Below, one piece after another: positions 9,161 through 19,016 of a stretch of DNA of 64,000 nucleotides. The first letter of the stretch is position 1. Each line of letters begins with the position of its first letter. The stretch lies in contig CBDESU010000002.1 of NCBI GenBank assembly GCA_965242695.1, positions 960,001-1,024,000 of the forward strand, read 5' to 3'. The notes beneath the pieces are model-generated. The model was given only the letters and a program-made list of their open reading frames with translations, was not told where the DNA came from and made no database searches. The DNA comes from Cenarchaeum sp. Its GTDB lineage: Archaea > Thermoproteota > Nitrososphaeria > Nitrososphaerales > Nitrosopumilaceae. The translations under genes were made by a program, and so were the position numbers.

Positions 9161-9717
9161 ATGCGGGCACCAGAAACAGCTGCCTGTGGGCGGCCGCCGC
9201 CGTATCGGCCGCCGCCGCCTCATTCGCCGCCGGCATGCTCTACGGCATACCGATTGTCAGCATAGAGACCCACTACGATCTGGATCGGCTCACGCACAGG
9301 ATGGCTGACGCAATGAGAGAGTCCGGCGTGCACCTGACGTCGGCCAACTACGTCATCCTGGCCAGCGCCGACTTGGGGGCCGGCGCGCTAGTGTTCTTCC
9401 CCAACAACCTTGACGAGGGGATGTCCTGGGGGCATTCGTGGTCGAATGCATCAAAGGCCGTCACCAAGGAGTATTCGAACGGGACCAGGTTCTGGCAGCG
9501 GACGGACCACGACGGCAACGTGCTGAAGGAGTTTACCTTCCACGACGACCGGGACAAGCTGATCATGGTGATCGTCATGGACCACAAGACCGGCTACCTT
9601 AGCGAAGAGGAGCAGAAAAGGATTACGAGGGAGTTTTTCTCGGAAACGCTGTGCGACGTGGACTGTACGCGGCTTTCGGAGCCCAAGATTCCAGAGGGGG
9701 TTCTGTTTCCCCCGTAG
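9157..9717 (+). CDS. Membrane-anchored/secreted hypothetical protein
   Basis: N-terminal hydrophobic segment; typical codon usage; terminal CxxxC. Confidence 0.7.
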   Translation: MNAGTRNSCLWAAAAVSAAAASFAAGMLYGIPIVSIETHYDLDRLTHRMADAMRESGVHLTSANYVILASADLGAGALVFFPNNLDEGMSWGHSWSNASKAVTKEYSNGTRFWQRTDHDGNVLKEFTFHDDRDKLIMVIVMDHKTGYLSEEEQKRITREFFSETLCDVDCTRLSEPKIPEGVLFPP

Positions 9718-10623
9718 CCCTTGGACTTGCAGGCGAGCCGCGCGGCCGAGTGTCCGCCCCTGCCTGATCTCTGGCGCCGCCAAAAAGCCTTTGCAAGCTT
9801 GCAGGGCGGGCGCGGCCGTTTTGGCGCCCTGCCCGCTGGAGTCGGACGGCCCGCGCGGACATGAGCGCCGCCCCCGCAGGACGCGCCCCTCCCGCGGCCG
9901 AGCTGCTCTGTCCGGCTGCAGTATTGGGGGGCCGGCAGGCGGAGGCGGCGGGATGCATCGGTCTCTGATGGAGCCCACATCGTACGCTGCCCCGGCGGCC
10001 GACGCGCAGGCGGCTTGGCGAGGGCCGCCGGGCTCGCCGGGGTTGGCATGAGCCGGCGCGGCACGCCGCATCCGCTGCCGCCCTGAATAGGGGCCCCTCT
10101 GGCGCCCGGCGTCTTTCTTTTGCCGGATGCGGGCGATCTGGCCTAGCCTGCCACCGCCGCCCGGACGCCATCTGCCGTCCACGCCGCCGGATGCGCAGCC
10201 GAGATGGCCCGGCGCCCCGTCGAGCCCTCTTTGGAGACGATCTGGAACAGGCGCCCCGTCCAAGGCCGCGTCCGTCTGCATGCTCTGGCGCTCTCGGCCT
10301 GATCAGCTGCGACCGACGGCCCTGTGCGCTTCCGTTGACCCCGCTGGCATCGCGGGGGCCTGCCCCGAGCTGGGGCCGTTCCGCATGCGCGACTTGCCAG
10401 TCACTACTCTTGGCGGCAACTTGCGCGGGCCGGTGCTTGGGGCGGATGCTGGCGGCCGCACGCCGGCACGCGCGGCGGCAGGGGCGGGGATGCGTTGGGG
10501 CCGCGCGGTTCTGCCCGCCCGCCGCTTGCCGGCGCCGCCGCGGCATGCGGTGCGGCCGATGCGGGCCCCCTGCGGCCAGCGCGCGCCGCCCCGCCCTGTT
10601 TAGCTTAAATAGGGCGCACGGGC

Positions 10624-12411
10624 ATGCCGATCGTGGTTGCGAGTGCCGCCGTTCAGGCGCTGCCGCTGGCCGCCCTGGCGGCGGCCGTACTGGCCGCTGC
10701 CGCGCCGGCCCTGGCAGGCGACGCCTACGGCCACGGCCTCGGCGGCGACGTGGCACCCCCTATCGACTTTGGGGGCATGAGCGTGACGGTCAGCACGCAG
10801 CTCGACCCGTCCGACATTACGGTCGGCGAGATAGACACGGCCAACATGGCCGTGCGGTTCTACGACGCCGACACGGACGAGACGCTTGAAAAGGTCACGT
10901 ACAGGATCGAGGTGTGGAGGAGCGGCGAGCTGCTCGCGCGCCACCTCTTCTACGACGACGACGGCAACCTCGACGTCGAGGTGCGGCCGGTCCTTGACTG
11001 CACCGAGCCGGACCTGTGGCGGTGCACCACCTACGGCGGGTCCGAGCACGTCAGCGCGCCGGGCGCGCTGTACGTGTTCGGGGACGGCCGGCCGACGATC
11101 AGGGGCCCGATCTTCGACAAGGGCGGCCTGTACAACATCCGCGTCGACATAGAGGCGGCGACTAGCCCCGAGACGCTCCTCACCGAGCGGCTCACGTACG
11201 ACACGTTCGTTAGCGTAGCGCAGGAGCAGCCCTTTGCGATACCGGCGGCCGAGGCGGCCACGCAGGCCGACGTGCCGGTCGTGATCAAGACGTACTACGA
11301 CGAGGTCGACAACTTTAGGTTCGACCCGTCGGACAGCTCGGTCACGTTCGACATGCCTTTCGACTGGTCGCCCGAGTACATCGAGCTCGTCACGATGGTC
11401 CACGAGGAGCTCCAGTTCCCAAAGTCGTTCGCTCCGTACGCCGAGGGCACGTCGTTCCGCGGGTACGTCGACGGCGTAGAGGTCGACAAGCGGGTGCTCC
11501 TCCTCGACCCGTACTCGTACGAGGACAGGAACATTGCGCACTTTCTGGTCGGCGGCGACGAGCTGAAGCGCATCAACGAGGTGCTCGGCGAGGAGCACGA
11601 GCGCAGCGGGCTGATGACGTTCAGGCTGGTGCCCGACGCGGCGGCGTCAAAAAACACGATCGAGTCGTACATGGTCGACCCCTCGACGGGCGAGAGGGTC
11701 CCCTCGAGCGTCAGCGTCTCGTGGGACGACTGGCAGGGCGCCGGCGACGAGATACCGTTTGAGATCACGTTCTTTGACGGGGACGGCAACCTGCTGCGCG
11801 ATGCGAGGTACGCGTACTACCTGTTCGGGACCGGCGGCGAAAAGATGCTAGAGGCGGGGACGGCCGTGGACGACCCGACCGACTTTGGCATAGAGGCAAT
11901 CGAGGGAATCGACTACCAGACGCTCACGCTTCCCGACCCGGGACAGTACAGGCTCGACGTGGCCATACTGGGGACGGGAACCGACTACGACCAGACGCAC
12001 GCCGGGATAGCGTCCGTCCTGATCGAGGTGGGGCCGGGCGGGCGGGGGCCACCCGATGCCGCAGGTGCCGATGCCGCCGAAGTGTCTGCAGTCCCGGGGT
12101 GGATACGCTCGTCGGCCGGGTACTGGGTAGGCGGCGAGACGACAGACGCCGAGTTTGTCGCGTCCGTAGAGTTCCTGATAAGCGAGGGCATCATCGAGGT
12201 GCCGCCGGCGCCCGGGCGGCAGGGCACCGCCGCTGTCGGCGCAGCGGCGGCGGCGGCGGCCGCCGGCCCGTCCGTGCCGGCGTGGGTCAAGACGACCGTC
12301 GGGTACTGGGTCGACGGCGCGATATCCGACTCCGAGTTCGTCGGCGCGCTGCAGTTTTTGATCGGCGAGGGGATCGTGAGCATCGGGGCGGCGGGGGCAG
12401 GAGGCCCGTGA
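10624..12411 (+). CDS. Large secreted thaumarchaeal surface protein (often labelled 'peptidase') with two C-terminal VPxW repeats
   Basis: Signal peptide, HGLGGD N-terminus, FDMPFDW motif, two copies of VP.W....GYWV.G...D.EF....FLI.EGI. Confidence 0.85.
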   Translation: MPIVVASAAVQALPLAALAAAVLAAAAPALAGDAYGHGLGGDVAPPIDFGGMSVTVSTQLDPSDITVGEIDTANMAVRFYDADTDETLEKVTYRIEVWRSGELLARHLFYDDDGNLDVEVRPVLDCTEPDLWRCTTYGGSEHVSAPGALYVFGDGRPTIRGPIFDKGGLYNIRVDIEAATSPETLLTERLTYDTFVSVAQEQPFAIPAAEAATQADVPVVIKTYYDEVDNFRFDPSDSSVTFDMPFDWSPEYIELVTMVHEELQFPKSFAPYAEGTSFRGYVDGVEVDKRVLLLDPYSYEDRNIAHFLVGGDELKRINEVLGEEHERSGLMTFRLVPDAAASKNTIESYMVDPSTGERVPSSVSVSWDDWQGAGDEIPFEITFFDGDGNLLRDARYAYYLFGTGGEKMLEAGTAVDDPTDFGIEAIEGIDYQTLTLPDPGQYRLDVAILGTGTDYDQTHAGIASVLIEVGPGGRGPPDAAGADAAEVSAVPGWIRSSAGYWVGGETTDAEFVASVEFLISEGIIEVPPAPGRQGTAAVGAAAAAAAAGPSVPAWVKTTVGYWVDGAISDSEFVGALQFLIGEGIVSIGAAGAGGP

Positions 12412-12614
12412 GAGACGTCAACGACGCGCTCCCAAGGTCGCCGTCGATGAAGTGGGGCGTCCTGACGAACATGCTCCCGACGCCGCGCCGAGTCCTTGAG
12501 ATGGACAGGATATTCCCCGACGACGGCAGGTGGCACACGGTCCTCGAGGAGCGCGACCAGGTCCACGTGGACGGCCGCCGCGTGTGGAAGAAGGCGCCGC
12601 GGTCCTGGACGTAG
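12408..12614 (+). CDS. Small conserved thaumarchaeal-type hypothetical protein
   Basis: GTGA overlap with the upstream gene; MKWG.L.N..PT, IFP.DGRWHTV.EE.D motif. Confidence 0.7.
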   Translation: MRDVNDALPRSPSMKWGVLTNMLPTPRRVLEMDRIFPDDGRWHTVLEERDQVHVDGRRVWKKAPRSWT

Positions 12615-12794
12615 CCGCAGCACAGGGCCCGGCGCGGCGGTAGCCTCCCGCCCCTACCCCGCGCCCACGCGCTAGGCGCCCGCAGAGCGCAGCGCGGCGG
12701 CGCGAATTCGGGCGGCCGGAGGCGCGGAGACCAAGCCCGGCCCCGATCCCGCAGAGCGCTAGAGATTATTAGCGGCGCGCGGGCGCGTTGCGCC

Positions 12795-14057
12795 GTGCAG
12801 CCGCGCATCGCACTGGCCGCATCCGCCGCGGCCCTGCTCGCATCTCTGGCCCTCCCCGCCGCGTCCGCCGACATGTGGGTGGACGGGGCCGGCAGGGGCG
12901 GCCACGATCCGGCCGGATTCCTCGGCCAGGACGGCAGGTACGTCGTCGCCGGCGTCGTAAAGAGCTCCGAGGCGCGCCCCACCGCGCCGGTCGTGACGGT
13001 GGCGGTCGAGGGGCACGGCGGCGAGTGGTCCGCCTCGCGCACGTTCGCAATGCCGTCGATCCCTGCCGGAGGCGAGCTGCCGTTCCGCGTCGCACTTCCC
13101 GTCCCCGACGGCGCCTCCGTTGCGGGGCACAAGGCTGCGGTCGACGGGTTCGCCGCCGGGGTCGGCCTGGGCGAGCCGGACGGCGCAGAGGTCGTGTACG
13201 ACCGCACGTTGCGCGTGCACGAGGATGGGAGTGTCACGGGCCGCATACGCAACTCCGGCACTAGCGAGCTGCCCGGCGTCCTCGTCGTGGCCGTCGCACA
13301 CGGACGGTCGCACGAGGTCCTCGACGTCGTCGCAACCGACGGCCCCGTCGGCCCGATACCGCCCGGCGGCCACGCCGACTTTGAGATGCGGCCCGACCCG
13401 TCGGTCGGGCCGGACGTGTGGTACTACAGCTGCTTCGGCGTCGGCGAGCCGGGAATCGTCGTGCTCCAGCCTATGCGCAACGGCGAGCCGTTCCCCATGC
13501 GGTACACGACGGGCGTGCTCCTCTCGTACCCGAGCTTTGACGAGGCCGGCGAGACGCTCTCGATAAAGATCAGCCCCGGCTGGCCGCTGCAGACGTACGT
13601 AAACCTAGAGTTCCCCCGCCACTCGGACGGCGAGGAATTCACCATCCTCCTCGACGGCGGGCCGGCCGATGCGCTGCAGAGCCGCGACGACATGGGCAAC
13701 TGGCACGTCTCGCTCAACATCGAGGAGCAGTACGACGGAATGCTGACGATCTCGGGGTTCGCGCCCGGCACGACGTCGGCCGACCGTCGTGTCGAGGTGC
13801 CGGCGTGGATACGCGACGAGGCCGGCGAGTGGTCGCTCGGGCAGGTCGGCGACGAGCGGTTCCTCGAGAACCTGGCCTACCTGGCAGGCGGAGGGGTGAT
13901 CGACGCCGGCGCGGCCGGGCAGGCGGAGGGGGCCCCCGCCGTGCCGCCCTGGGTCAGGGACAGCGCGGCGTGGTGGTCGCAGGGGCTCGTCTCCGACGCC
14001 GAGTTCGTCGATGCCGTCGAGCACCTCTTGTCCATCGGCGCCATACGCATAGCCTGA
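12795..14057 (+). CDS. Secreted protein with FxLYD-like Ig domains and C-terminal VPxW repeats
   Basis: Signal peptide; G.I.N.G and IP.G....F repeats; VPPWVRDSAAWWSQGLVSDAEFVDAVEHL. Confidence 0.8.
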   Translation: MQPRIALAASAAALLASLALPAASADMWVDGAGRGGHDPAGFLGQDGRYVVAGVVKSSEARPTAPVVTVAVEGHGGEWSASRTFAMPSIPAGGELPFRVALPVPDGASVAGHKAAVDGFAAGVGLGEPDGAEVVYDRTLRVHEDGSVTGRIRNSGTSELPGVLVVAVAHGRSHEVLDVVATDGPVGPIPPGGHADFEMRPDPSVGPDVWYYSCFGVGEPGIVVLQPMRNGEPFPMRYTTGVLLSYPSFDEAGETLSIKISPGWPLQTYVNLEFPRHSDGEEFTILLDGGPADALQSRDDMGNWHVSLNIEEQYDGMLTISGFAPGTTSADRRVEVPAWIRDEAGEWSLGQVGDERFLENLAYLAGGGVIDAGAAGQAEGAPAVPPWVRDSAAWWSQGLVSDAEFVDAVEHLLSIGAIRIA

Positions 14058-14119
14058 CGGCGGGGCGCCGCGGCCCCCCGCCGCCACCATGATATATCCC
14101 GCCCGCCCGCGGCCCGCCC

Positions 14120-14938
14120 GTGTTTCCCCTAAAGGACGAGAACCCGCACTCGTCGGGGTTCAAGCCGTGGGTGACGCGCCTGCTCCTGGTCGCCAACGTG
14201 GCCGTCTTCCTCTACGAGATCGCCTACACGGGGCAGTTCTGGGAGTTCGGCAACGCCCGCGCCGCGCAGCTGTTCTTCGAGTGGGGCGCGGTCCCCAACT
14301 GCATCACCGGCGGCGGCACGATATCGCACCCCGGGTTCGAGATACCCTGCCCGTCCTCACCGCACCTCACGCTCATCACGTCCACGTTCCTGCACGGCGG
14401 CCTGATGCACCTGGGCGGCAACATGCTCTTCCTGTGGATATTCGGCGACAACATAGAGCACAGGTTCGGCCGCCTAAAGTTCCTGGGGATATACCTGGGG
14501 TGGGGCGTGGCCGCCGGCCTGGCCCACATAGCGATCGAGCCGGCGAGCTCGGTGCCCGCCGTCGGCGCGTCCGGGGCCATATCGGGCATACTCGGCGCGT
14601 ACCTGATCATATTCCCGCGCGTCAAGATACGCACGTTCCTCATGCTCGGGTTCTTCTGGCAGATGATACGCATACCGGCAAAGTGGTTCCTGCCGTTCTG
14701 GCTCGTCTTCCAGAACCTCCTGCCGTTTTTCATCGGCGGGTTCGGGTTCGGCGCCGGCGGGGTCGCGTACATGGCCCACATCGGCGGCTTTGCGATAGGG
14801 TTTGCGACCGGCTACCTGTACAAGAAGCTGTACGGCGCGCCCGAGTTCACCTACGGCACGAGGTACGGCTGGCGGGGCGACCGCGACGAGTACGACGGGC
14901 GCGGCTACGACGACGACAGCCGCCGAAGCTGGATATGA
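14120..14938 (+). CDS. Rhomboid family intramembrane serine protease
   Basis: MFPLKDENP start, FLHGGLMHLGGNMLFLWIFGDNIE, catalytic GASG and AHIGGF. Confidence 0.96.
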   Translation: MFPLKDENPHSSGFKPWVTRLLLVANVAVFLYEIAYTGQFWEFGNARAAQLFFEWGAVPNCITGGGTISHPGFEIPCPSSPHLTLITSTFLHGGLMHLGGNMLFLWIFGDNIEHRFGRLKFLGIYLGWGVAAGLAHIAIEPASSVPAVGASGAISGILGAYLIIFPRVKIRTFLMLGFFWQMIRIPAKWFLPFWLVFQNLLPFFIGGFGFGAGGVAYMAHIGGFAIGFATGYLYKKLYGAPEFTYGTRYGWRGDRDEYDGRGYDDDSRRSWI

Positions 14939-15217
14939 CGGCGCGCGGCGCGGGCAGAGGCGGAGGCGGAGGCCGCGGCCGATCCGCCGCGGCCGCTTGC
15001 GGCGTTGCCGCCGCCGCTCTCTTCTTTCCGCCGCCGGATGCCGTGCAAAGGGGGGTGCCCTGCGCGGATACTCGGATCGCGCGGGCGCCCGTCCGCGCCG
15101 ATCCGCCGGACGCCCCTTGCTTTGGGAGCCCGCCGCCGCTCCGACTCGCGGGCAGCGCCCCGCCCGCGGCCGGATATGCCGCCCCTCCCTCCTTTGCCTT
15201 CGCCCCTGCCGCCTCTT

Positions 15218-15386
15218 GCCGCCCGCCGCGGCAATCCGCATGCGCCCTTTTGGCTCGGGAACGCCGCGTCGCCTCGCGGGCGATGCCGCCCGCCTCCTGC
15301 CGCCCGCCGCGGCAATCCGCATGCGCCCTTTTGGCTCGGGAACGCCGCGTCGCCTCGCGGGCGATGCCGCCCGCCTCCTGCCGCCC
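15218..15386. repeat. 81-bp intergenic tandem repeat, about 2 copies
   Basis: GCCCGCCGCGGCAATCCGCATGCGCCCTTTTGG at 15221 and 15302. Confidence 0.9.
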
Positions 15387-15485
15387 ACCGCGGCCAATCG
15401 GCCGCCCGGCGCGCATTCCAAGGACATGTTATACCGCGGTGTCGCGTCCGCGCCCCTTAACTAGCGCCGCGCGGCCGGCCCCGGC

Positions 15486-15830
15486 ATGGAAACACAAACC
15501 CAGAACGCAGGCGAGACGACGACCCCGTGGGTCATGCTCGGCAGCGCCAAGGAAGACGCCAACCCGGGCAGCGCCGACGGCATTGCCGCGGCCGTCCGGT
15601 CGATCATAGACGACTGGCACTCGGCGGGCCGCATAATGTGGTCCGGCTCGCTCGGCAACGGGCGGTCGGGCATGGCGGTGTTCGAGGCGACGCGCGGCGA
15701 CGCCGAGGCGCTGTTCCGGCGGTACCGCGACGCATGCGGCGAGTCGCTCGACTGCTTCCTGTACGAGTGGGATGCGATGCCGATACTCTCGCTCCTGTCG
15801 GGCGGGAAGGCGGCCGCGCAGGCCCAATGA
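15486..15830 (+). CDS. Hypothetical protein (possible YCII-like dimeric alpha-beta barrel)
   Basis: TTAA box upstream; MWSG.L.NGRSGMAVFEA and LYEWDAMPILSLL motifs. Confidence 0.65.
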   Translation: METQTQNAGETTTPWVMLGSAKEDANPGSADGIAAAVRSIIDDWHSAGRIMWSGSLGNGRSGMAVFEATRGDAEALFRRYRDACGESLDCFLYEWDAMPILSLLSGGKAAAQAQ

Positions 15831-16009
15831 ACGCCGAGCTGTGCAGGCGGTGCGGGTGCCCGACAAGGGGCCACCGCGCGTGCCGCGTCTGCCGCCTGGT
15901 CACGGCCACCCGGTGCGGGTGCTGCGGCCATACGGAGGCGGTCCAGACGCACGTGCACCACCGCGCCCGCCCGCGCACCGTTGCCGCCGCGCGCCCGCCC
16001 CCCGCATAG
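15827..16009 (+). CDS. Small Cys-rich zinc-finger protein
   Basis: ATGA overlap; CRRCG..CRVC..CGCCGH...QTH (three CxxC pairs). Confidence 0.6.
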   Translation: MNAELCRRCGCPTRGHRACRVCRLVTATRCGCCGHTEAVQTHVHHRARPRTVAAARPPPA

Positions 16010-16129
16010 GGCCGCATGCGGCCGGCGGGGGAGGGCGCGTTATCCCGCTCGCCCGGCGATGCCGGCCGCAGCCGCGCGCCACTGCGGCCGCGCGGCAGGG
16101 ATAAATTGGGCCGGCCGCCGGCCCCGGCC

Positions 16130-16315
16130 ATGCCACTGGTAAACATCTCGATGTATCCGGGCAGGACGCAGCAGCAAAAGGACGACTTTGCGAGGGCCGT
16201 GACCGACTCGGCGATGAAGATACTCGGCGCAAAGGCCGAGCACGTCATCGTCGTGTTCGAGGAGCACCCGCCGTCGCACTGGTTCGTCGGCGGCAAGCCG
16301 CTCGGATCCGCGTAG
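16130..16315 (+). CDS. 4-oxalocrotonate tautomerase family protein
   Basis: N-terminal Pro (MPLVNISMYPGRT.QQK), HVIVVFEE, W.VGG; 61 aa. Confidence 0.92.
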   Translation: MPLVNISMYPGRTQQQKDDFARAVTDSAMKILGAKAEHVIVVFEEHPPSHWFVGGKPLGSA

Positions 16316-16385
16316 GGCGCGATTCAAGCACCGCGCCCCTCCCGGGCCCCGACGGTTTAAAGCCGCCGCCGCGCCCGTTTTTTGC

Positions 16386-17216
16386 GTGGCGCGCATCGCC
16401 GTAGTCCAGATGAGGGCGTCGACTGAAAAGGAGGCCAACCTGAGGCACGTACTGTCGTGCATATCGAGGGCGGCAAGGGGAGGCGCCTCGCTCGTCGCGT
16501 TTCCCGAGTACATGATGTTTTATACCCCGTCGTCGCAGACGCCGGCGCAGCTGGCCGCCCTCTCCGAGCGGCGCGACGGCCCGTTCGTCTCGGCCGTGGC
16601 CGACGCGGCCGCCCTGCACGGGATAGAGGTCGTCGGCACGTTCTACGAGAGGGGCCGCGCCCAGAGCAGGAGGGTGTACGACTCGTCGTTCCACGTGGAC
16701 GCCGGCGGCCGCCTCGTGTCGCTGTACCGCAAGATCCACCTGTACGACGCTCTCGGGTTTCGCGAGTCCGACAAGATGGCGCCAGGCCGGTCGATCGCCG
16801 CGCCCGCCCGGTCGGCCGCGCTCGGCAGCCTCGGGATGATGGTCTGCTACGACCTGCGGTTCCCCGAGATGTCGCGGACGCTAGCGCAGGCAGGCTCGGA
16901 CGCCATAGTCGCCCCGTCGGCCTGGGTCCGGGGCCGCCTCAAGGAGGACCACTGGATCACGATCAACCGAGCGCGCGCCATCGAGAACGGCTGCTACATG
17001 GTATCGCCTGACCAGGTCGGCAACATCTACTGCGGCCGGAGCATCGTCGTCGACCCGTTCGGGGAGGTGCTGCTCGACATGGGCAAGCGCCGCGGAATAG
17101 GGTACGCCGAGGTGGACCTGGCCGTGGTCGAAAAGACGCGCCGCGACCTGCCGCTGCTGAAGAGCAGGCGCACGGACGTCTATCCGAGCTTCAGGCTGGC
17201 GGGGGCGCAGCCCTAG
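16386..17216 (+). CDS. Carbon-nitrogen hydrolase (Nit1/nitrilase family)
   Basis: Catalytic E-K-C triad: FPE, YRKIHLYD, VCYDLRFPE; ARAIEN. Confidence 0.95.
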   Translation: MARIAVVQMRASTEKEANLRHVLSCISRAARGGASLVAFPEYMMFYTPSSQTPAQLAALSERRDGPFVSAVADAAALHGIEVVGTFYERGRAQSRRVYDSSFHVDAGGRLVSLYRKIHLYDALGFRESDKMAPGRSIAAPARSAALGSLGMMVCYDLRFPEMSRTLAQAGSDAIVAPSAWVRGRLKEDHWITINRARAIENGCYMVSPDQVGNIYCGRSIVVDPFGEVLLDMGKRRGIGYAEVDLAVVEKTRRDLPLLKSRRTDVYPSFRLAGAQP

Positions 17217-17937
17217 TCGGGCAGCGCGCGTTCGAGCACTGCCTGGTCCACTTTTGGTTCCTCGTGTAGCGGAATATGACCATGGGCCAGGCGCACGCGG
17301 GGCACGGCTGCTTGAGGGCGCGCAGCCTGGCCTTTTGCAGGAGGGGCGAGGATGCGTCGCAGCCGCCGTAGTAGTTTGAGCACCCGATGAAGCGCTTCCT
17401 GGTCGCCTTTGACCGCACGACCATGAGCTGGCCGAGGCCGCACTCGGGGCACGGCACGAGGCCGCCCTTTGGCTCGTTGGTGCCGAGTATGACGAACTTT
17501 TTTGCCGCCGCCGACCACGACAGGAACCCGCCGGCGTCGTAATACTGGAGTATCTCCGCCCTGAGCGACTCGGTGGCCCTCTTGCCGTGACCCGTCGTGT
17601 GGCGCTGTATGGGCTTGGCGGCAGTGGCCGCGCGCCTCCTCGGCCTAGCCCTGCCGGCCGCCGGAGCCGGCTTGCCCGTGGACGCGCGCCGTCGGGGCCT
17701 GGCCTTTGAGGCCGAGGGCGCCGCCTTGCCGGTTGCCGCCGCGCGCCTCCTCGGCCTGGCCTTGCCGGCCGCCGCGCGCCTCTTGCCGGGGCGTCCTGCT
17801 GATGCAGCTGGCCGAGATCCGCCTTGCCGCCCCGTCGCCCTGGCCTTGCCGCCGGTTCGCTTGCCGCCCTCTTTTGCCCTGCCCGCCTTGGCGCCCTTTG
17901 TGGACCTTTTTCCCGCCTTCACTCTGCCGTGCGGCAT
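17191..17937 (-). CDS. Stand-alone topoisomerase I-type C4 zinc-ribbon protein with basic N-terminal tail
   Basis: CPECGLGQLMV..SK...RFIGCSNY..C, CPAC.WP...CSN..C; N-terminal K/R/A/G repeats (GKARPRRRAA). Confidence 0.8.
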   Translation of the reverse strand: MPHGRVKAGKRSTKGAKAGRAKEGGKRTGGKARATGRQGGSRPAASAGRPGKRRAAAGKARPRRRAAATGKAAPSASKARPRRRASTGKPAPAAGRARPRRRAATAAKPIQRHTTGHGKRATESLRAEILQYYDAGGFLSWSAAAKKFVILGTNEPKGGLVPCPECGLGQLMVVRSKATRKRFIGCSNYYGGCDASSPLLQKARLRALKQPCPACAWPMVIFRYTRNQKWTRQCSNARCPTRAAPPPA

Positions 17938-18052
17938 GCAGGGTGCTAAAACGATTCCCTAACGCCTCCGACTTTGTCTTTCCCATTCACTGGTTGATTG
18001 GGGACCGCATCGCATGCAACGGCAACGAGACCCGCGCCGCGCGCCGCGCGGC

Positions 18053-18772
18053 TCAGCAAAAATTCTGCACGGCCAGGACGCTTTCGTCGTCCCCTATGGC
18101 CACCCCTACCCCGAGCGAGTTGTGGTACGGGTTGAGTATGTTCTGGCGGTGGCCAGGACTTGTAAGCCACATGTCCATGAGGTCAGCGGCCATCCCGTCC
18201 TCGCCGTCCAGCCAGTTGTACTTGGGCAGCCACCACAGGCTCACCACCGACGAGTACGTATAGCTGCTGGCTATGTTCTCTGCTATGCCGTATGATCCGT
18301 CGCTCCTGTGGCAGGCGTGGCCGGCGGCAAGCCCGCGACCCATCGGGGTGATCCCCTCCGGGTTGTCGTGCGAATAGTATCCCCTTGCCTGCATGTCCAT
18401 CGCATGGGAGTACGCCAGGGCGTCGACTCCGGGATCCCTCGCTACGTAGCCCAGGCCGTAGGCGGCCCTCACTGCGTTGACCCGGTCGTGGATGTGGTCC
18501 TCGACCGCCTCCCTGTCGAACCCCGACGACATCCTGCCTATGTCGTCGGCGCCGCCCGACGCAACGATGGATGCGACAACCACAATGGCGGTGAGCGCGA
18601 CGCCGAGCCCGATAAAATACAGGAACCTCACCAGTATCGAGCGGCCGAGCGACGCAAGCGATGCGCCAATTCTGCGCCTGCGCTTGCGGCCCCGCCTGCG
18701 CCTGCGCCTGCGGCCGCACTCGGGGCACCCTCTGCCAAACCACCCGCGTCCGCCGCATCTTCGGCACCGCAC
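18053..18772 (-). CDS. CAP/SCP domain membrane protein
   Basis: VN..R...GL, AYSHAMDM...YYSH, AENIA, W..SPGHRQNIL, GVGV, QNFC; N-terminal CxxC...CxxC, Arg run, TM; TTATA upstream. Confidence 0.9.
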   Translation of the reverse strand: MRCRRCGGRGWFGRGCPECGRRRRRRRGRKRRRRIGASLASLGRSILVRFLYFIGLGVALTAIVVVASIVASGGADDIGRMSSGFDREAVEDHIHDRVNAVRAAYGLGYVARDPGVDALAYSHAMDMQARGYYSHDNPEGITPMGRGLAAGHACHRSDGSYGIAENIASSYTYSSVVSLWWLPKYNWLDGEDGMAADLMDMWLTSPGHRQNILNPYHNSLGVGVAIGDDESVLAVQNFC

Positions 18773-19016
18773 ATGCGACCAACGCGGGCTGCCCCTATAA
18801 CCGCATGCCGGAACGGCCGGCACTAGCAGGGTGCGGGGCGGCATGGCGGGCTGCCGCCCCCGCAGGCGCTTCACGCTGCCTGCGCTTGCCGCCCCCCCGC
18901 AAGCGCATTCCGTCACTGCGGAGCGGCGAGTCCCGGCTGGGCGCCTCATGCCCTAAGTGGTCGTTATTATTACGCCCCCTCGCGGCATCCTTGTGGGCTG
19001 CCGCCACTATTACCGG

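Noticed and set aside
9720-10600. Long overlapping ORFs in all frames
   Set aside because: Arg/Pro/Ala-rich shadow ORFs expected at high GC; no motifs or codon bias.
17191-17937. Full DNA topoisomerase I
   Set aside because: Only zinc ribbons; no TOPRIM or catalytic Tyr domain.
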